IMG/VR virus record: IMGVR_UViG_3300033463_000029
Coordinates: 1-64,000 of that record
Reading direction: 5' to 3' (one strand)
Length of the DNA: 64,000 nt
Origin: a virus
Lineage: Duplodnaviria; Caudoviricetes
In this document: in pieces, positions 10,589 through 21,319 of the stretch
Layout of the letters: each line of letters opens with the position of its first letter
Numbering within the stretch: the stretch's first letter is position 1
The notes under the pieces: model-generated
Database searches by the model: none
Seen by the model: only the letters and a program-made list of their open reading frames with translations
Told to the model about the DNA's origin: nothing
Translations under genes and position numbers: made by a program

Positions 10589-10975
10589 TTATTGTTTTGG
10601 AATTAAGTTTACAGCTATTATTTTGAAACTTTTCACATCTCCAGTTTCTCCAGTTTCTCCGTATCCATCCAACGCAACCGCGCTGCTCTCGATAATTTTG
10701 TCAGCAATCTTTCCGTTCTCTGTCGGAAGTGTTTCTATCTCAGCCCAAACCTCTCCTTTGTCGTTAATTGCGACATCCTTTAATACGTGTGAAGCGTTTC
10801 TCAAATCGACATGAGTAATACGTTCGAGGTTACCGAGTTGACCAACAACCGTGTGATCCTTCAGTCTTTCTTTCATATCGTTTACTGCGCTTTCGAGAAC
10901 TTCACGTGTATAAACTCTTCCATTTGCAATCGCTTTATCTGCCTCAACTATTGCTTTTACTTGATACCTTGGCAT
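10589..10975 (-). CDS. T4 gp21-like prohead protease paralog, catalytic residues apparently lost
   Basis: NGRVYTREVL, GQLG, ASHV, IETLPTENGKI resemble gp21; ELGHP is QLGNL and SSRG is ALDG. Confidence 0.7.
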   Translation of the reverse strand: MPRYQVKAIVEADKAIANGRVYTREVLESAVNDMKERLKDHTVVGQLGNLERITHVDLRNASHVLKDVAINDKGEVWAEIETLPTENGKIADKIIESSAVALDGYGETGETGDVKSFKIIAVNLIPKQ

Positions 10976-11217
10976 TTTTAATATTGTTTCTTTTTTCTAA
11001 ATATGCAGTTAATTTATGAAGCATCATCCAGTGTGTTGGTTTTTCACACACAGAGTCTATATGCATCGCCTTTCCGTCAAGAATTTTCTTTGCAAATCCA
11101 TAATAATCTATAACCTCTATACCATACTCACCGAATTCTGCAAGAACGACATTGATGCCGGAATCACGTATGTTGTCGAACAGTTTGTCTATCGTGTTCC
11201 ATTTCGGAGCATTCATA

Positions 11218-11730
11218 CTACTCAATCCTTTTAATTGTATCTATACCTCGTATTCCGTTATAACCAATCAAATGCGCATACGGATATTCAATGACATCAC
11301 TATATTCAGGATTCGGATCAAACACTATGTTGAAGTTTATATCGCACAACACAGAATGAAGATGATCCCTAGGATTATCATGTACATTCGTATATTTTGG
11401 AGAATAAACAGATGCCATGAAAATTCCATCTATGCCATCGTCCTCTTTGAGCTGGCTTATCTGCCTCGCGTCTTCCGAATAGATGATTTTATTACTACAG
11501 CAATATGTTGGATCTTCTATATACAATACGTTCGGGTTGAATAAAAATTCTCCGCCCAACTCATATCCATGTTCTTTAAAAAGTTTTTTTGCTCCTTCCC
11601 ACCACTCTTCTCCCGGAAGTTCTATAAAATTAGGAACATCATCATATTCCAAACCCAAAATAGAACATATTGTGCATTTAAAGCAATCTCCCCTCTTTGG
11701 ATCCTGAATCCTCTGGTAAACATTTCTCAT
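11218..11730 (-). CDS. Phage protein with papain/C39-like Cys-His-Asp pattern
   Basis: Q...GDCFKC..SIL...VPNF, HSV, FDPNP. Confidence 0.45.
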   Translation of the reverse strand: MRNVYQRIQDPKRGDCFKCTICSILGLEYDDVPNFIELPGEEWWEGAKKLFKEHGYELGGEFLFNPNVLYIEDPTYCCSNKIIYSEDARQISQLKEDDGIDGIFMASVYSPKYTNVHDNPRDHLHSVLCDINFNIVFDPNPEYSDVIEYPYAHLIGYNGIRGIDTIKRIE

Positions 11731-11732
11731 AC

Positions 11733-12209
11733 CTATTTCTGGTTATATCTGTTCATTATTTCATCACTGAACGTAGTAATTCTTCCTGATACATCCATAT
11801 AACCATCAAACCCGTTCATGACCATAAGTGAAACATCTTTTGTTTGCGCCCAGCTTGGAATAAATCCAATGACTGGTTTTCCGAGAGCCTTTGCGAAGCC
11901 CATCTCCCACACAGTCCCCGTGTCGCTATAGTGACCTGTATACATAGCAACAACGACATCAGCATCCTTGATTGCCTGAACATCCATATCAAAAACCTTC
12001 TTTGCCCAGACGTTATTCGGGAGATCATATCCACCGGGAATTTCGTGTTCCATAGGTATGAACAGTTCTGGAACTCCCCTTACACCGCAGGGAAGCGATG
12101 CTGCTGAAGCTCCGCCATGACTGAATGAGAACCTTACTTTTTCAATCATATCCTTCAAAGATGTTCTCTCCTGTTCGTTGAAAAAAGGACCTGCTATATA
12201 AATTTTCAT
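11733..12209 (-). CDS. Nucleoside 2-deoxyribosyltransferase family protein
   Basis: IYIAGPFF, D..AIKDADVVVA, DTGTVWEMGFAKALGKP. Confidence 0.9.
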   Translation of the reverse strand: MKIYIAGPFFNEQERTSLKDMIEKVRFSFSHGGASAASLPCGVRGVPELFIPMEHEIPGGYDLPNNVWAKKVFDMDVQAIKDADVVVAMYTGHYSDTGTVWEMGFAKALGKPVIGFIPSWAQTKDVSLMVMNGFDGYMDVSGRITTFSDEIMNRYNQK

Positions 12210-13045
12210 TTCTTAACTAAAAGTTTACGTTCAACATTATTATTCATTACGCAGAATTCATAACACCTATGACAGTTTGATATGAACACTTTATAAAATT
12301 TTTTATTAAATTCCTTGAAACGATTTCGAAATCCACCATCAATATAGTCATTTATGTTTGCATATTGCAGAACACCCATTCCGCATTTGTAGATGTCACC
12401 TTCCTCATCTATGAGAAAAGAATACATCTCTGTTGGTTTATGACAATAACATCCGAACATAGAATACAGTCCACAATGAAACTGACTTCTTCCAACAGGA
12501 ACAATGGATTCTTCCTTTGTTTCTTCAGGCGTCGCCACGTTGCACTTTGCACCAATTGATTTGAAAAATGATTCAGCTGCGTCAACGTTTTTATTCGTAT
12601 GCCACTTGTCCTTTGATATTGAGAAATGAATCTTGTTTCCGTATTTCTCGACAAGTTTCTTCAACTTCTCCTTTGTTGGCTCGCTGTTAACCCAGTCTCC
12701 ATTTGTAACAATTCTGGCAAATTTTGTTGACGATATAAGTTTGTCAAAAATCTCAAACCAGTCCTTATTACAGAAGAATTCTCCTCCCATAAGGTTGAGG
12801 TGCCTAACTCCGTTGTTCTTCACAAACGCCGCAATCTTCTCAGCCATGTCAACACTCATCATTATGTTGCTTTCTGGAGAAGATTCAAAACAGCAATGTG
12901 AACACTTTTGTGTGCACTTGTTTGTTATTCTAACTGTTGCATGAAGAAACCGATAACATTCGTTAACAAGCTTACACTCTTTACAATTGCAATTGTGCAA
13001 GCCGTTGCATGTTTCTTCCAAGCATATGTCACAAGGCGAATTCAT
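12206..13045 (-). CDS. Radical SAM enzyme with N- and C-terminal Cys clusters
   Basis: CTQKCSHCC (CxxxCxxC), GGEF, VTNG, GDIYKC; overlaps the deoxyribosyltransferase start. Confidence 0.9.
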   Translation of the reverse strand: MNSPCDICLEETCNGLHNCNCKECKLVNECYRFLHATVRITNKCTQKCSHCCFESSPESNIMMSVDMAEKIAAFVKNNGVRHLNLMGGEFFCNKDWFEIFDKLISSTKFARIVTNGDWVNSEPTKEKLKKLVEKYGNKIHFSISKDKWHTNKNVDAAESFFKSIGAKCNVATPEETKEESIVPVGRSQFHCGLYSMFGCYCHKPTEMYSFLIDEEGDIYKCGMGVLQYANINDYIDGGFRNRFKEFNKKFYKVFISNCHRCYEFCVMNNNVERKLLVKK

Positions 13046-14573
13046 TTTAATCCCACTCAGCGTGAATACGAATATTTCTGTTCGGTTTTATCTCTTTTTG
13101 ATATGTCCAGAATTCGACGTTGTACTTCTCCCTGAGCCAATTCCAATTGGAATAGTGCTTATCTTTGTTCTTTTCGTTTCCTGCTGTAAACCCTACAGTG
13201 TCGCGGAATGTTCCAACCCTTCCGTTTAAGGTTATATAAATTACAGGTTCATATATGTTATCAGGAGCATCTTTTGCGTCCTTCCAAATGAATGTTACAG
13301 ATGTCATATTTAATAATGATTGATTTCAAAATAGTCAATGATAATTCCGATTTCGTAGTTTCCAAAATCATCGAGTTCCTTCAGATCCACAATCATCGCA
13401 TTATAAAGATGAAGACCATATTTCTTCGTATCGATAATCATATCTTTTGCACAGTCTATTTTTCTTACTGGCTCTCTATCGTATATGTGATGAATGTAGT
13501 TTATTGCAAACTCAGGTGGACAGTCGGTTTTCATCTTGATATTATTGATTACGCCGGTTGTCTTCAGCTTAACCTCACCGAACTCCATTTCTCTGTCAAG
13601 AGATTCAGGAACCTCAACGGCATACGCACAGATATCATATTCCATCTCTGTAACGTGATCCATAAACTCCACCCACTCCGTTTCAATCTGAAACTCTCTT
13701 TTCTTGAATTTTTCGTGGTTGATTCCAACTTTAGGACCGCAAATTTTAAGAGTATAACCTTCTATTTCAAGGTTTGGAAATCTGTTGTGAAATCTAACGA
13801 TTTCGTTGTACGTCATCTTTTTCATATCAATACGGATGTTCGACTCTTGGATACGAAGTCCAAGATATGCCAGTTACCTTTACTCTTCTGTCAGGAACAT
13901 TGACAAGTTTTGATTTAACGTATGAGTGCGACGGATACCCTCTATTGTCTGCATAGAAATCACAACGAAGGTTTATTGCGTTTGTGTAACAAACCTCAGA
14001 TGTAAAAACTGGAGAGCACTCCTTAACAGTATTATTGAAGTTTACGATTTCGGTCGTATAAACATGATGCTCCTCATCATCGCCTTCATAAACATATGTA
14101 ACGTCAACATCATACTTGAATGTCGAACTCTTTACATAGTCTTTATAGCATTCCCTACAACAAAGGAACACTATGGCAAAAGCCATTATGAACCCAACGA
14201 TTCCAAGTATGTCTTCTTTACAGATTTTCATGTTTACGTCTCAATGTAAAGGTTATTGTTTTCGTTGTGTCGGATTCGTGAATAACGGTAAGTGTATCAT
14301 ACACCGGTTCATATTCCGTTGCGCAATAAGTTCTGTTTTCGAATCTTTCGTTTTCTAGCGCGACGGCATCCTTTATATTTTGTTTGCTGAGTGCATTTAT
14401 GTTCCAGCAAAGAGAAATCAACAAAAGCGAAGCGAACGCGTTCAACACGTCCGAATCACTTTTGATTTTGAACTTCTTTGGTAAAGCGATGTTAATGTAG
14501 ACGAAAAATCCGATCATCAGGAGGCATGTAACAATGCTCCATACAGTTAACCACCAAGGCATATCCGCTCCTC

Positions 14574-15023
14574 CTAATCGCTATACTCGTCTTCATCACC
14601 ACGATCGTCACCGATGGGGTTATCGAACCCATACTTGACGGCGGTAGCCTTGAACAGAGGAAGTCCGTACATTGCGTAATCGTCGCTGGACCAGTCTTCG
14701 AGACCTTCCTCAAGAATCCAGTTCCACATTTTGACGACGTTAAACATGAAGCTTGAGCTGATTCCGCGCTTGTCGAGAGCCTTTTCGAAACCGAATTCCA
14801 CATCACGTTCGAGCTGCTTGAGAACATTTTCTCTCGTGAATGGAATTAAGTTTTCGTTCCACTTCTCTTCACTGTTATACTCTTCATTCGGCTGGATACC
14901 GAACTTGTCAAGAAGGTTGAACGGAATGAATTGACAGAGCCTGCTGAAGTCACGACCGTCGAGGCACTGTGACTCGAACTTTTTCTCCTCTGCGAGTTTT
15001 GCAAGTTGTTCTAGAGTTTTCAT
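14574..15023 (-). CDS. Conserved phage hypothetical protein (DVEFGFEKAL..RGISS...YGLPLFKATA)
   Basis: Clean ORF directly behind promoter at 15050-15057. Confidence 0.7.
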   Translation of the reverse strand: MKTLEQLAKLAEEKKFESQCLDGRDFSRLCQFIPFNLLDKFGIQPNEEYNSEEKWNENLIPFTRENVLKQLERDVEFGFEKALDKRGISSSFMFNVVKMWNWILEEGLEDWSSDDYAMYGLPLFKATAVKYGFDNPIGDDRGDEDEYSD

Positions 15024-15047
15024 TTTTATCGTTGTTTAAAATTCTGA

Positions 15048-15082
15048 TGCAAATGTAATACAAAAAATCGAATAAAACAAGA
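15048..15082 (-). promoter_or_regulatory. Bacteroidota-type promoter; near-duplicate of 22848-22881
   Basis: TGCAAA(T/G)GTAATACAAAAAAT...ATAAAACAA shared by both sites. Confidence 0.75.
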
Positions 15083-16256
15083 GTTTACTGAATTTTTATA
15101 TAAATTTTATCGAGAGTGCCTTCCCCAACTTCTTCTGTTACCGTTCCGTTAAGGAAAGCAATTCTGCGTAAAACATATGTCACGACGGCTGATCCGGGTT
15201 TCCAATTTATTTCTGATATTTCCCAAACACCGGCATCCCGCGTTCCCAGTTTCGTAAATCTGTCACCGACCTGATATTTAGCTTCTGTTCTCATAATATA
15301 TTATTGATTTTAGTTTTCGAATATATCTCCAACCCAAACATCCTTTCCACATTCGGGACAGGTTGTTACATACTCACATATTGGTCTGTACCAGTAACAG
15401 TCCTCTCTCTGAAATGTAAATTCACACCCACAGTTAAGACAACGTGCTTCATGAATCTCATCTGGATTTTGATTTCCGTGTTTAGTTATGTTTTTCATTG
15501 TGTTCTATTTCTTTTAATGGTTTAATTATTCCTTCTATTATAGCCCAGATGCAAAATACAATCAGAGACAAATCAAGAATAACACACAACACGCCTACGA
15601 AAAATTCATTCTTCAGTAAGGAAATCGTGGATGATGCCATTCCCATCACAGCACAAACAAACCCAATCGCGCCTATAACGATGACAATGTATATAAACAG
15701 TTGCGTTGGCGTTAGACTAACGTTTTTCATTACTAAGTTCCTTTTTAAGACCTTCGTAAAACCCTTTCATGTCTTCAACTGTCCTGAAACAGATGAAGCT
15801 GTTTATTGTAGCATCCCAATAATGTACAATGTTCTCAGCGTCAAGTTCTTCGTGTATCGAATCTATCTGTTCTTTCGGCATTTCGAATGTCCACAGATTG
15901 ACAGCGAAGTTTGTTTTCAACGCTTCTTTAATCAGTTTGATTGATTCCTCTCGTGAAAGGTCAAAATAATCCTTCCTTCCGTTGGTTGGCGGACCGATGT
16001 ATTCTTTTATTCTTTCGCTATATTCGCTCATATCTAAACTGTATTACCATTCCCAGCCGAGCCAGTTTCTTTTTCTGTTCTTGTCGGCTGGTTCATCTTC
16101 ATTTTCAATTCTCTTATTCTGGAGACGAATCCACTTATTCATCTGTTTTTTCGCCCACCTGTATGATTTGCGCTTCCTCCGTTTTTCGGAGTACATATAC
16201 GGCTCAAGCTGTTCTCTATAAAGTGACATAATTAAAACATTTTTGTATACACTGTC

Positions 16257-16790
16257 TTAAAATCCCATACATTCTCTGTTAAAAGAGATTATAGGGTTGT
16301 TGGATGATACGTATCCGTGATAAACGGCGCTTCTAATTTGGTCTACCGGATCAAAAATACATCTACTCAATATACTGCACATCAAATTATTTGAACAGTC
16401 TATAAGGTTTTGGTTCTCAGGAAGACTATACATTCTAGCCTCCCTCAACTCAGATACGAACATTCCTGTTGCAAACGCGTTCAAATCATACTTCTCTGCA
16501 AAAATGTTCGCGTTACACCAGAAGCACACGACTTCTTTGTCTCTAAAAAACTGCAAGTCGGCGGACGTTATAATGTACCTCCAGTCATATCTCATATCGA
16601 GAAGACCGAGTTCGTTTCCGTGCCCCAAGAAAACAATCCTGTCATGTGTCTGAAGGGCATCCCTTACGATTCGGCTCGAAATGTGATTTCCCGTGATTAG
16701 AGTAACATTATCCCACTGCAAGTAGTCCTGATATACAGCAGAACAAAATGCAGTAGTTGGATCTGTTGGATGTATGAATAACGTTCTCAT
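16257..16790 (-). CDS. Possible caspase/C25-like fold protein
   Basis: IVFLGHG...FWCNA His-Gly/Cys dyad pattern. Confidence 0.45.
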   Translation of the reverse strand: MRTLFIHPTDPTTAFCSAVYQDYLQWDNVTLITGNHISSRIVRDALQTHDRIVFLGHGNELGLLDMRYDWRYIITSADLQFFRDKEVVCFWCNANIFAEKYDLNAFATGMFVSELREARMYSLPENQNLIDCSNNLMCSILSRCIFDPVDQIRSAVYHGYVSSNNPIISFNRECMGF

Positions 16791-17152
16791 TAAGTTTCGC
16801 TCAAAATGTCTATCATTTTGTATGCTTGGTCTTCTCCATATGTCTTTTTAAGACGATTGAACATCTCTTCACGGAAGTCATTATCTGACCAAACCTTATC
16901 AATTTTCTCTTTAAGTTTTTTCTTTTTGTATATCTGTATATCAGCAGACAGTGGATTTATTATGTCACTTTCAGTGATGAACGATCCTCCACCGTTCTTT
17001 GTGACGCTGATGAAATACACTGTTTCTACGCCCGGAATTTTTTCAACTCGCAACACAACATCATCATGCATATCGCCATCCTCGTCTTTCCAGTATATGA
17101 CATCACCCACATTAGGGTAGTTTTCGCCTATTATTTTTATTTCATGTTTCAT
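16790..17152 (-). CDS. Hypothetical protein (start corrected to lie downstream of promoter 17161-17192)
   Basis: TTTG-N-TATCTTTG promoter lies inside the ORF-track call; ATG at 17152. Confidence 0.6.
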   Translation of the reverse strand: MKHEIKIIGENYPNVGDVIYWKDEDGDMHDDVVLRVEKIPGVETVYFISVTKNGGGSFITESDIINPLSADIQIYKKKKLKEKIDKVWSDNDFREEMFNRLKKTYGEDQAYKMIDILSET

Positions 17153-17196
17153 ATCTGTCGCAAAGATAATGAATATATTTTGAATTTCCAAATGTT

Positions 17197-17382
17197 TTAT
17201 TTATACATTCCTTCTTTTAGTTCAAGAACAAATGTTTTATCATTTATAGTAGTTTTTATACCTGTAACGACAATAAAAGCACCATTCATACCTTCAGCGT
17301 GTGCATTAAAACCAAAAGCTTTATTATTTCTACCTTCAGCAACAGTATTTGGCATATATGCAGATTTAGCAAATATTAACAT
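17197..17382 (-). CDS. Small ORF ending in a family-C C-terminal tag (LELKEGMYK)
   Basis: Last ~30 bp match the 3' ends of 17419-17877 and 29606-30028. Confidence 0.55.
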   Translation of the reverse strand: MLIFAKSAYMPNTVAEGRNNKAFGFNAHAEGMNGAFIVVTGIKTTINDKTFVLELKEGMYK

Positions 17383-17418
17383 GTTTTTCTCCTTTTATTT
17401 TCTCAAAAATTTCATACT

Positions 17419-17877
17419 CTATTCAGTTTTGTACATTCCTTCTTTTGCTTCAAGAGCAAGCCCCATGGGGATTAAGCCGCGATAGTCGAAGTGGTTTTCG
17501 TTGAGCCAATCGCTCGCTTCACACATGCAACTGTCATCACTACAGTATTGATACTCAAGAATGCTGTTAAGTGTTTTTTTCTCTTCCTCAGTCATAGAGG
17601 ACATTGGACGGAGATAAGGCATGATTTTCTCAGCAAAACTAATAACAAGACCTCCACCAACTTCAAAACAAAAATCGCCTCTATCGTCAAAACTGAAACC
17701 TGTTAGTTTTTCATCCCTATGAATTGGTCCGAAATCATCAACTCGTTCTACTAAACAGATAACCCCATATTTTAGTCTTGCTGTTAAATCGGTTATCAAC
17801 AAATTTCGCTCCTCATTAGACATAAGAATCAGATGTCCGTCTTCTGTGCGTTGAAATTGTTTTCTTTCCTGTGCCAT
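17419..17877 (-). CDS. Family C paralog (DL.ARL.YG...PYLRPMSSMT...HFDYRGLIPMGLALEAKEGMY)
   Basis: Shares blocks with 29606-30028 and 30744-31178. Confidence 0.8.
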   Translation of the reverse strand: MAQERKQFQRTEDGHLILMSNEERNLLITDLTARLKYGVICLVERVDDFGPIHRDEKLTGFSFDDRGDFCFEVGGGLVISFAEKIMPYLRPMSSMTEEEKKTLNSILEYQYCSDDSCMCEASDWLNENHFDYRGLIPMGLALEAKEGMYKTE

Positions 17878-18362
17878 ACTATTTTTGTGTTAATTTCCTA
17901 TATTTTATCAACATAAACACTTCTTCCGCTTCTTTTATGAAGTGATCTTTTTCAAAGAAAGAACTGTATCTTTTGTTTGCCTCTTCTATGATTTCTTGTT
18001 CAGTTTTTATTTCTTTGCAATTAGCCGCCCAAAAATCCGCTTCCCTTCTTGCCTCAAAGCATCTTTCCTCTGTATTTTCTCTTATTTGTGCTGACCTTTT
18101 ATCAGAATACTCACTCATACATTATATGGTTCTATAAGGTAAAATTAAGTAAACCATCTTCCTTGTCCCACCTCCTTGTCCCATGTTAAGCACCATGTTA
18201 TGTTAACATTTGACAATGACAGTTCTTTGAGTTTTTTCAAAGCGTCATCGATTTCATCGAACTCATATACCTCAGCGGAACCGTTTTTCATTACATAAGG
18301 TTTACCCTCATGGATATGCCAAAAGCCGTAGATATAATATTTTCTCTTTTTTTCTTCCGGTG

Positions 18363-18617
18363 TCATAGTGATTCAATTTTGTTAATTACATCTTGAAAAG
18401 CCCATTTCTTTCCTTCACATCTTATCGTATCAACCACAATAACTGTGTCAGGGTGTGAGTAACATTCTACCGCCATTTTAAGCCACTCAAGCAGAGTATC
18501 CTTGCGGACGTATTCAATGTCACTGGATTCAATTCGTTTTGTGTTTATAGGAGAACCATCCCAATCAATATGAGTTGGAAATACATTATCAGCTATATAA
18601 ATCTTATCTGGTATCAT
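18363..18617 (-). CDS. Family D paralog (PDK...EY.RKD.LLEW...I.KIESL)
   Basis: Shares blocks with 23191-23403. Confidence 0.75.
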   Translation of the reverse strand: MIPDKIYIADNVFPTHIDWDGSPINTKRIESSDIEYVRKDTLLEWLKMAVECYSHPDTVIVVDTIRCEGKKWAFQDVINKIESL

Positions 18618-18736
18618 TGCATTACGGTTTTAATCAATTTATCCTTATAGTAGATTTCAATCTTATACCACCCGTTATAATTTTCTACTACCCTTGCAGT
18701 AATGTCCTTTGGGTCAATATCTTCTTGTGTCATAAT

Positions 18737-19063
18737 TTATTCCTCCTTTCTTGCGGTTTTGCCAAGTTCGTAAAAGTAGCGAGCAAAATTCCTAATAGCA
18801 AGACTTTGCTCTCCATTCATTGGACCAAACGCATCATCTAATAATGTGGCCTTCTTGTTTTTTAATTCTTTATCCAGATCCACCTCCGGCTGATCCTGTT
18901 GTAGAGAGGAGACAATTGAAAGGATTTTATTGTATCCATTTAATTCTGCTTCCCATTCTTTATAGTTAGCCGCATAAAAAAGTTTAATCATTAATGATTT
19001 AAGCTCATTTTTCAACTTTTCTATTTTGCCAATCAGTTTCTCTGAGTCAATATATTTGTTCAT
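18737..19063 (-). CDS. Family B paralog (YID.EKL...SLQQ.QP..DL...AR.F.E.G..ARK)
   Basis: Shares blocks with 19277-19699 and 24433-24981. Confidence 0.8.
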   Translation of the reverse strand: MNKYIDSEKLIGKIEKLKNELKSLMIKLFYAANYKEWEAELNGYNKILSIVSSLQQDQPEVDLDKELKNKKATLLDDAFGPMNGEQSLAIRNFARYFYELGKTARKEE

Positions 19064-19276
19064 TTTTCGAACCATTTCAAAGTTTCATAATCAATTTGGA
19101 TTAAAACGGAATCCGTGCCGTTTCTATAATCCGATGCAACCATAGACAGTGTACCGTTGGAATACATATTTCCCCTGTCAACTTGAACATTTATTGCGCA
19201 GTCGTGACCGATGTCCGTGCGAATTTCCTGTAGCCTGTCAATAAGCCCGTCGAGAGTCATTAATTTATTTTCCATT

Positions 19277-19699
19277 TTAATTCTTCTTATAAACCTCTTC
19301 TTCAACTAAACTTTGTTCATCCCACGTACCTTCATCTTCGAAAGTATAAACCCATCCATCTTCTTCGTCAAACTCAACGTTTACAATTTTACCGAGAGGA
19401 TACTCTCCTTCTTCATTTGAAGTACAGATGTAATGTGCAAGAACATCACCGACATTCCACCTCGGCTTTCTCCCATGAACATATTCAGTGGACAGATAAC
19501 CGTATTCTGGTTGCTCATCCGGCTGCTCCTGCTGGAGAGAGGTGATGATGGAAATAAGTTCGTTGAGTGTTTTTATTTCCACGTCTCTTTTTATTGATGC
19601 CCCAAATTCCGCCTCAATAAAAGGGCATTCATCAATACTCTTTTTTCGCCTTTCTATCTCGGCAACTAACTTTTCCGCGTCAATGTATTTGCACTTCAT
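19277..19699 (-). CDS. Family B N-half fused to an unrelated C-terminal domain
   Basis: YIDAEKL...SLQQEQP, then diverges. Confidence 0.75.
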   Translation of the reverse strand: MKCKYIDAEKLVAEIERRKKSIDECPFIEAEFGASIKRDVEIKTLNELISIITSLQQEQPDEQPEYGYLSTEYVHGRKPRWNVGDVLAHYICTSNEEGEYPLGKIVNVEFDEEDGWVYTFEDEGTWDEQSLVEEEVYKKN

Positions 19700-19701
19700 T
19701 T

Positions 19702-20277
19702 TTAAATCATTAGTTGTTTCTTGATATAATTTACTTTATCGATTACCGGATAAGACAGCGATCTATCGTATGTTCCATCTGTTCTCGCGAACGAGTAATC
19801 TATAGCATCCAGAAGTAACATAAGTAGATCTCGATAGTTTAACAATTGTATATTGTAAATAAGTTCGATGAGTTTCTTTGCCCACTTATCTGTGTCTGAC
19901 TCTATTTCGCTATCGTCCTTTCTGTTGGCGGCATCTTGCAGATACTGAAGCATAAAAGATTTAAACATTTCTAAATCTACAACAGGACGCTTATGTCCAT
20001 AAAGATATTCTTCAACTGTAGGACCAACATCATTCCACTTTTCCAAATCTTTCCACTCCTTTTCAAGTTGTTCCTTTGGAGTGGTTGCCAGATGGTGCCT
20101 TAGCTGTTCAACCAAATCCACCTTTGGTTTCTCGTCGTTGGCGTCTTTCTTCCGAACAATCACTTTACCGTCTTTGATCTCAGCCTCCATTCCTTCAGGG
20201 ATTGTATATTCAAACCCACAAAGTTCAGAGTCATGTGCCCCAAACGGCACGTCGATTTTATCTTTCATAATAATCAA
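19702..20277 (-). CDS. Mosaic hypothetical protein (PFGA.DSEL...IPEGMEAEIKDG; VDL modules)
   Basis: Two PxVDL motifs like those in family B. Confidence 0.65.
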   Translation of the reverse strand: MIIMKDKIDVPFGAHDSELCGFEYTIPEGMEAEIKDGKVIVRKKDANDEKPKVDLVEQLRHHLATTPKEQLEKEWKDLEKWNDVGPTVEEYLYGHKRPVVDLEMFKSFMLQYLQDAANRKDDSEIESDTDKWAKKLIELIYNIQLLNYRDLLMLLLDAIDYSFARTDGTYDRSLSYPVIDKVNYIKKQLMI

Positions 20278-20488
20278 GTATAAAGTTCGTAAATTCTATA
20301 AACTCGTCTTGGATCAATATCAAGCCAGCAACCAAGTTCTTCGCTGTAGACCTCAACAAGATTGCTATCCGGTTCCCACCTTGGCCATCTTATAAGCTTT
20401 TTTCGAAGATGGGCTTCGTCTTTAAACGGATGCATATACAAAACTAGAGCTTTTCCTTTGTTCCAAATGTGCTTTTTACGTTTCATAT

Positions 20489-20510
20489 CTAAATCAAATT
20501 TTCAAAACAA
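20489..20510 (-). repeat. Orphan family-A 3' end (encodes CFENLI*) behind an unrelated cargo gene
   Basis: + strand ctaaatcaaattttcaaaacaa versus family-A ctaaatcaaattttcaagacaa. Confidence 0.85.
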
Positions 20511-20897
20511 TTATCCTCCAAACTCCTTTTTAAGTTCCTCATACTGAGCCTTACGCTTTTCCTTCTCTTGGACAGCCTTTTCTTTGTTTCTCTTTTCTTG
20601 CTCAGCTTCCCATTCCTTGTTTTCCATTTCAACGATTTTGAGAAGTTTATCATTGGACATTGTGAGGAAGTCTGTCGGGAAATCTCCGTAATGCTCTTCA
20701 TGTCCACCATATCTCCAATACTCATCACCTCTCCATGCGACAGAATCACCGTCTATACTGAATCTCTCTGCATAGCAGATATCAGAGCACTCTCCGTGAC
20801 GTTTCTTGCTGTCCTTTAAGATATTGCAAACACGTTCACATTCGTTTGTAATTTTTTCGCTCAATTCGACATACTGTGTTAATTCTTCTTTTGTCAT
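20511..20897 (-). CDS. Cargo hypothetical protein between A1 and an orphan A end
   Basis: 128-aa ORF starting 2 bp after the A1 stop. Confidence 0.7.
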   Translation of the reverse strand: MTKEELTQYVELSEKITNECERVCNILKDSKKRHGECSDICYAERFSIDGDSVAWRGDEYWRYGGHEEHYGDFPTDFLTMSNDKLLKIVEMENKEWEAEQEKRNKEKAVQEKEKRKAQYEELKKEFGG

Positions 20898-20899
20898 AA

Positions 20900-21319
20900 C
20901 TAAATCAAATTTTTAAGGCAATACCTAATAGCTCTATCATATCCGCTTTCAGGATTTTCATAAACCCACCCTTGGGAAAAAGTTTCATTTGTTTTGGCGA
21001 CAACTATCTTAATGTCCCAAAGAAACTTTTCGTGATCAAGTATGCTGTCTATGATTGGTATGATGACAATTCCCTTCTCGTCCCTCAACCACTTCATTGC
21101 CATTTGAAGAGTAGGGGCGGAAATCATAATCGGACTCCATTCACATTCTGAATTAGTGTAAGTAAGTATCTGTTCACCATACCCCTCACCACAAAAAACT
21201 CCAAGTGAAGATACAAGTTGTAACTCTCCATCGTGGTAAACAGAAATACATTTTTCATCAAACCCCTTTTCCTTAAGGAGTTTCGCAGTCTCGCAACTTA
21301 CATAATCTTCTGTAATCAT
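20900..21319 (-). CDS. Family A copy 1
   Basis: MITEDYVSCETAKLLKEKGFD / APTLQMAMKWLR / AIRYCLKNLI. Confidence 0.9.
   Translation of the reverse strand: MITEDYVSCETAKLLKEKGFDEKCISVYHDGELQLVSSLGVFCGEGYGEQILTYTNSECEWSPIMISAPTLQMAMKWLRDEKGIVIIPIIDSILDHEKFLWDIKIVVAKTNETFSQGWVYENPESGYDRAIRYCLKNLI

Noticed and set aside
20489-20749. 86-aa ORF ending FENLI as a real family-A gene
   Set aside because: It overlaps 20511-20897 in another frame; only the last ~22 bp are A-derived, so it is treated as a scar.
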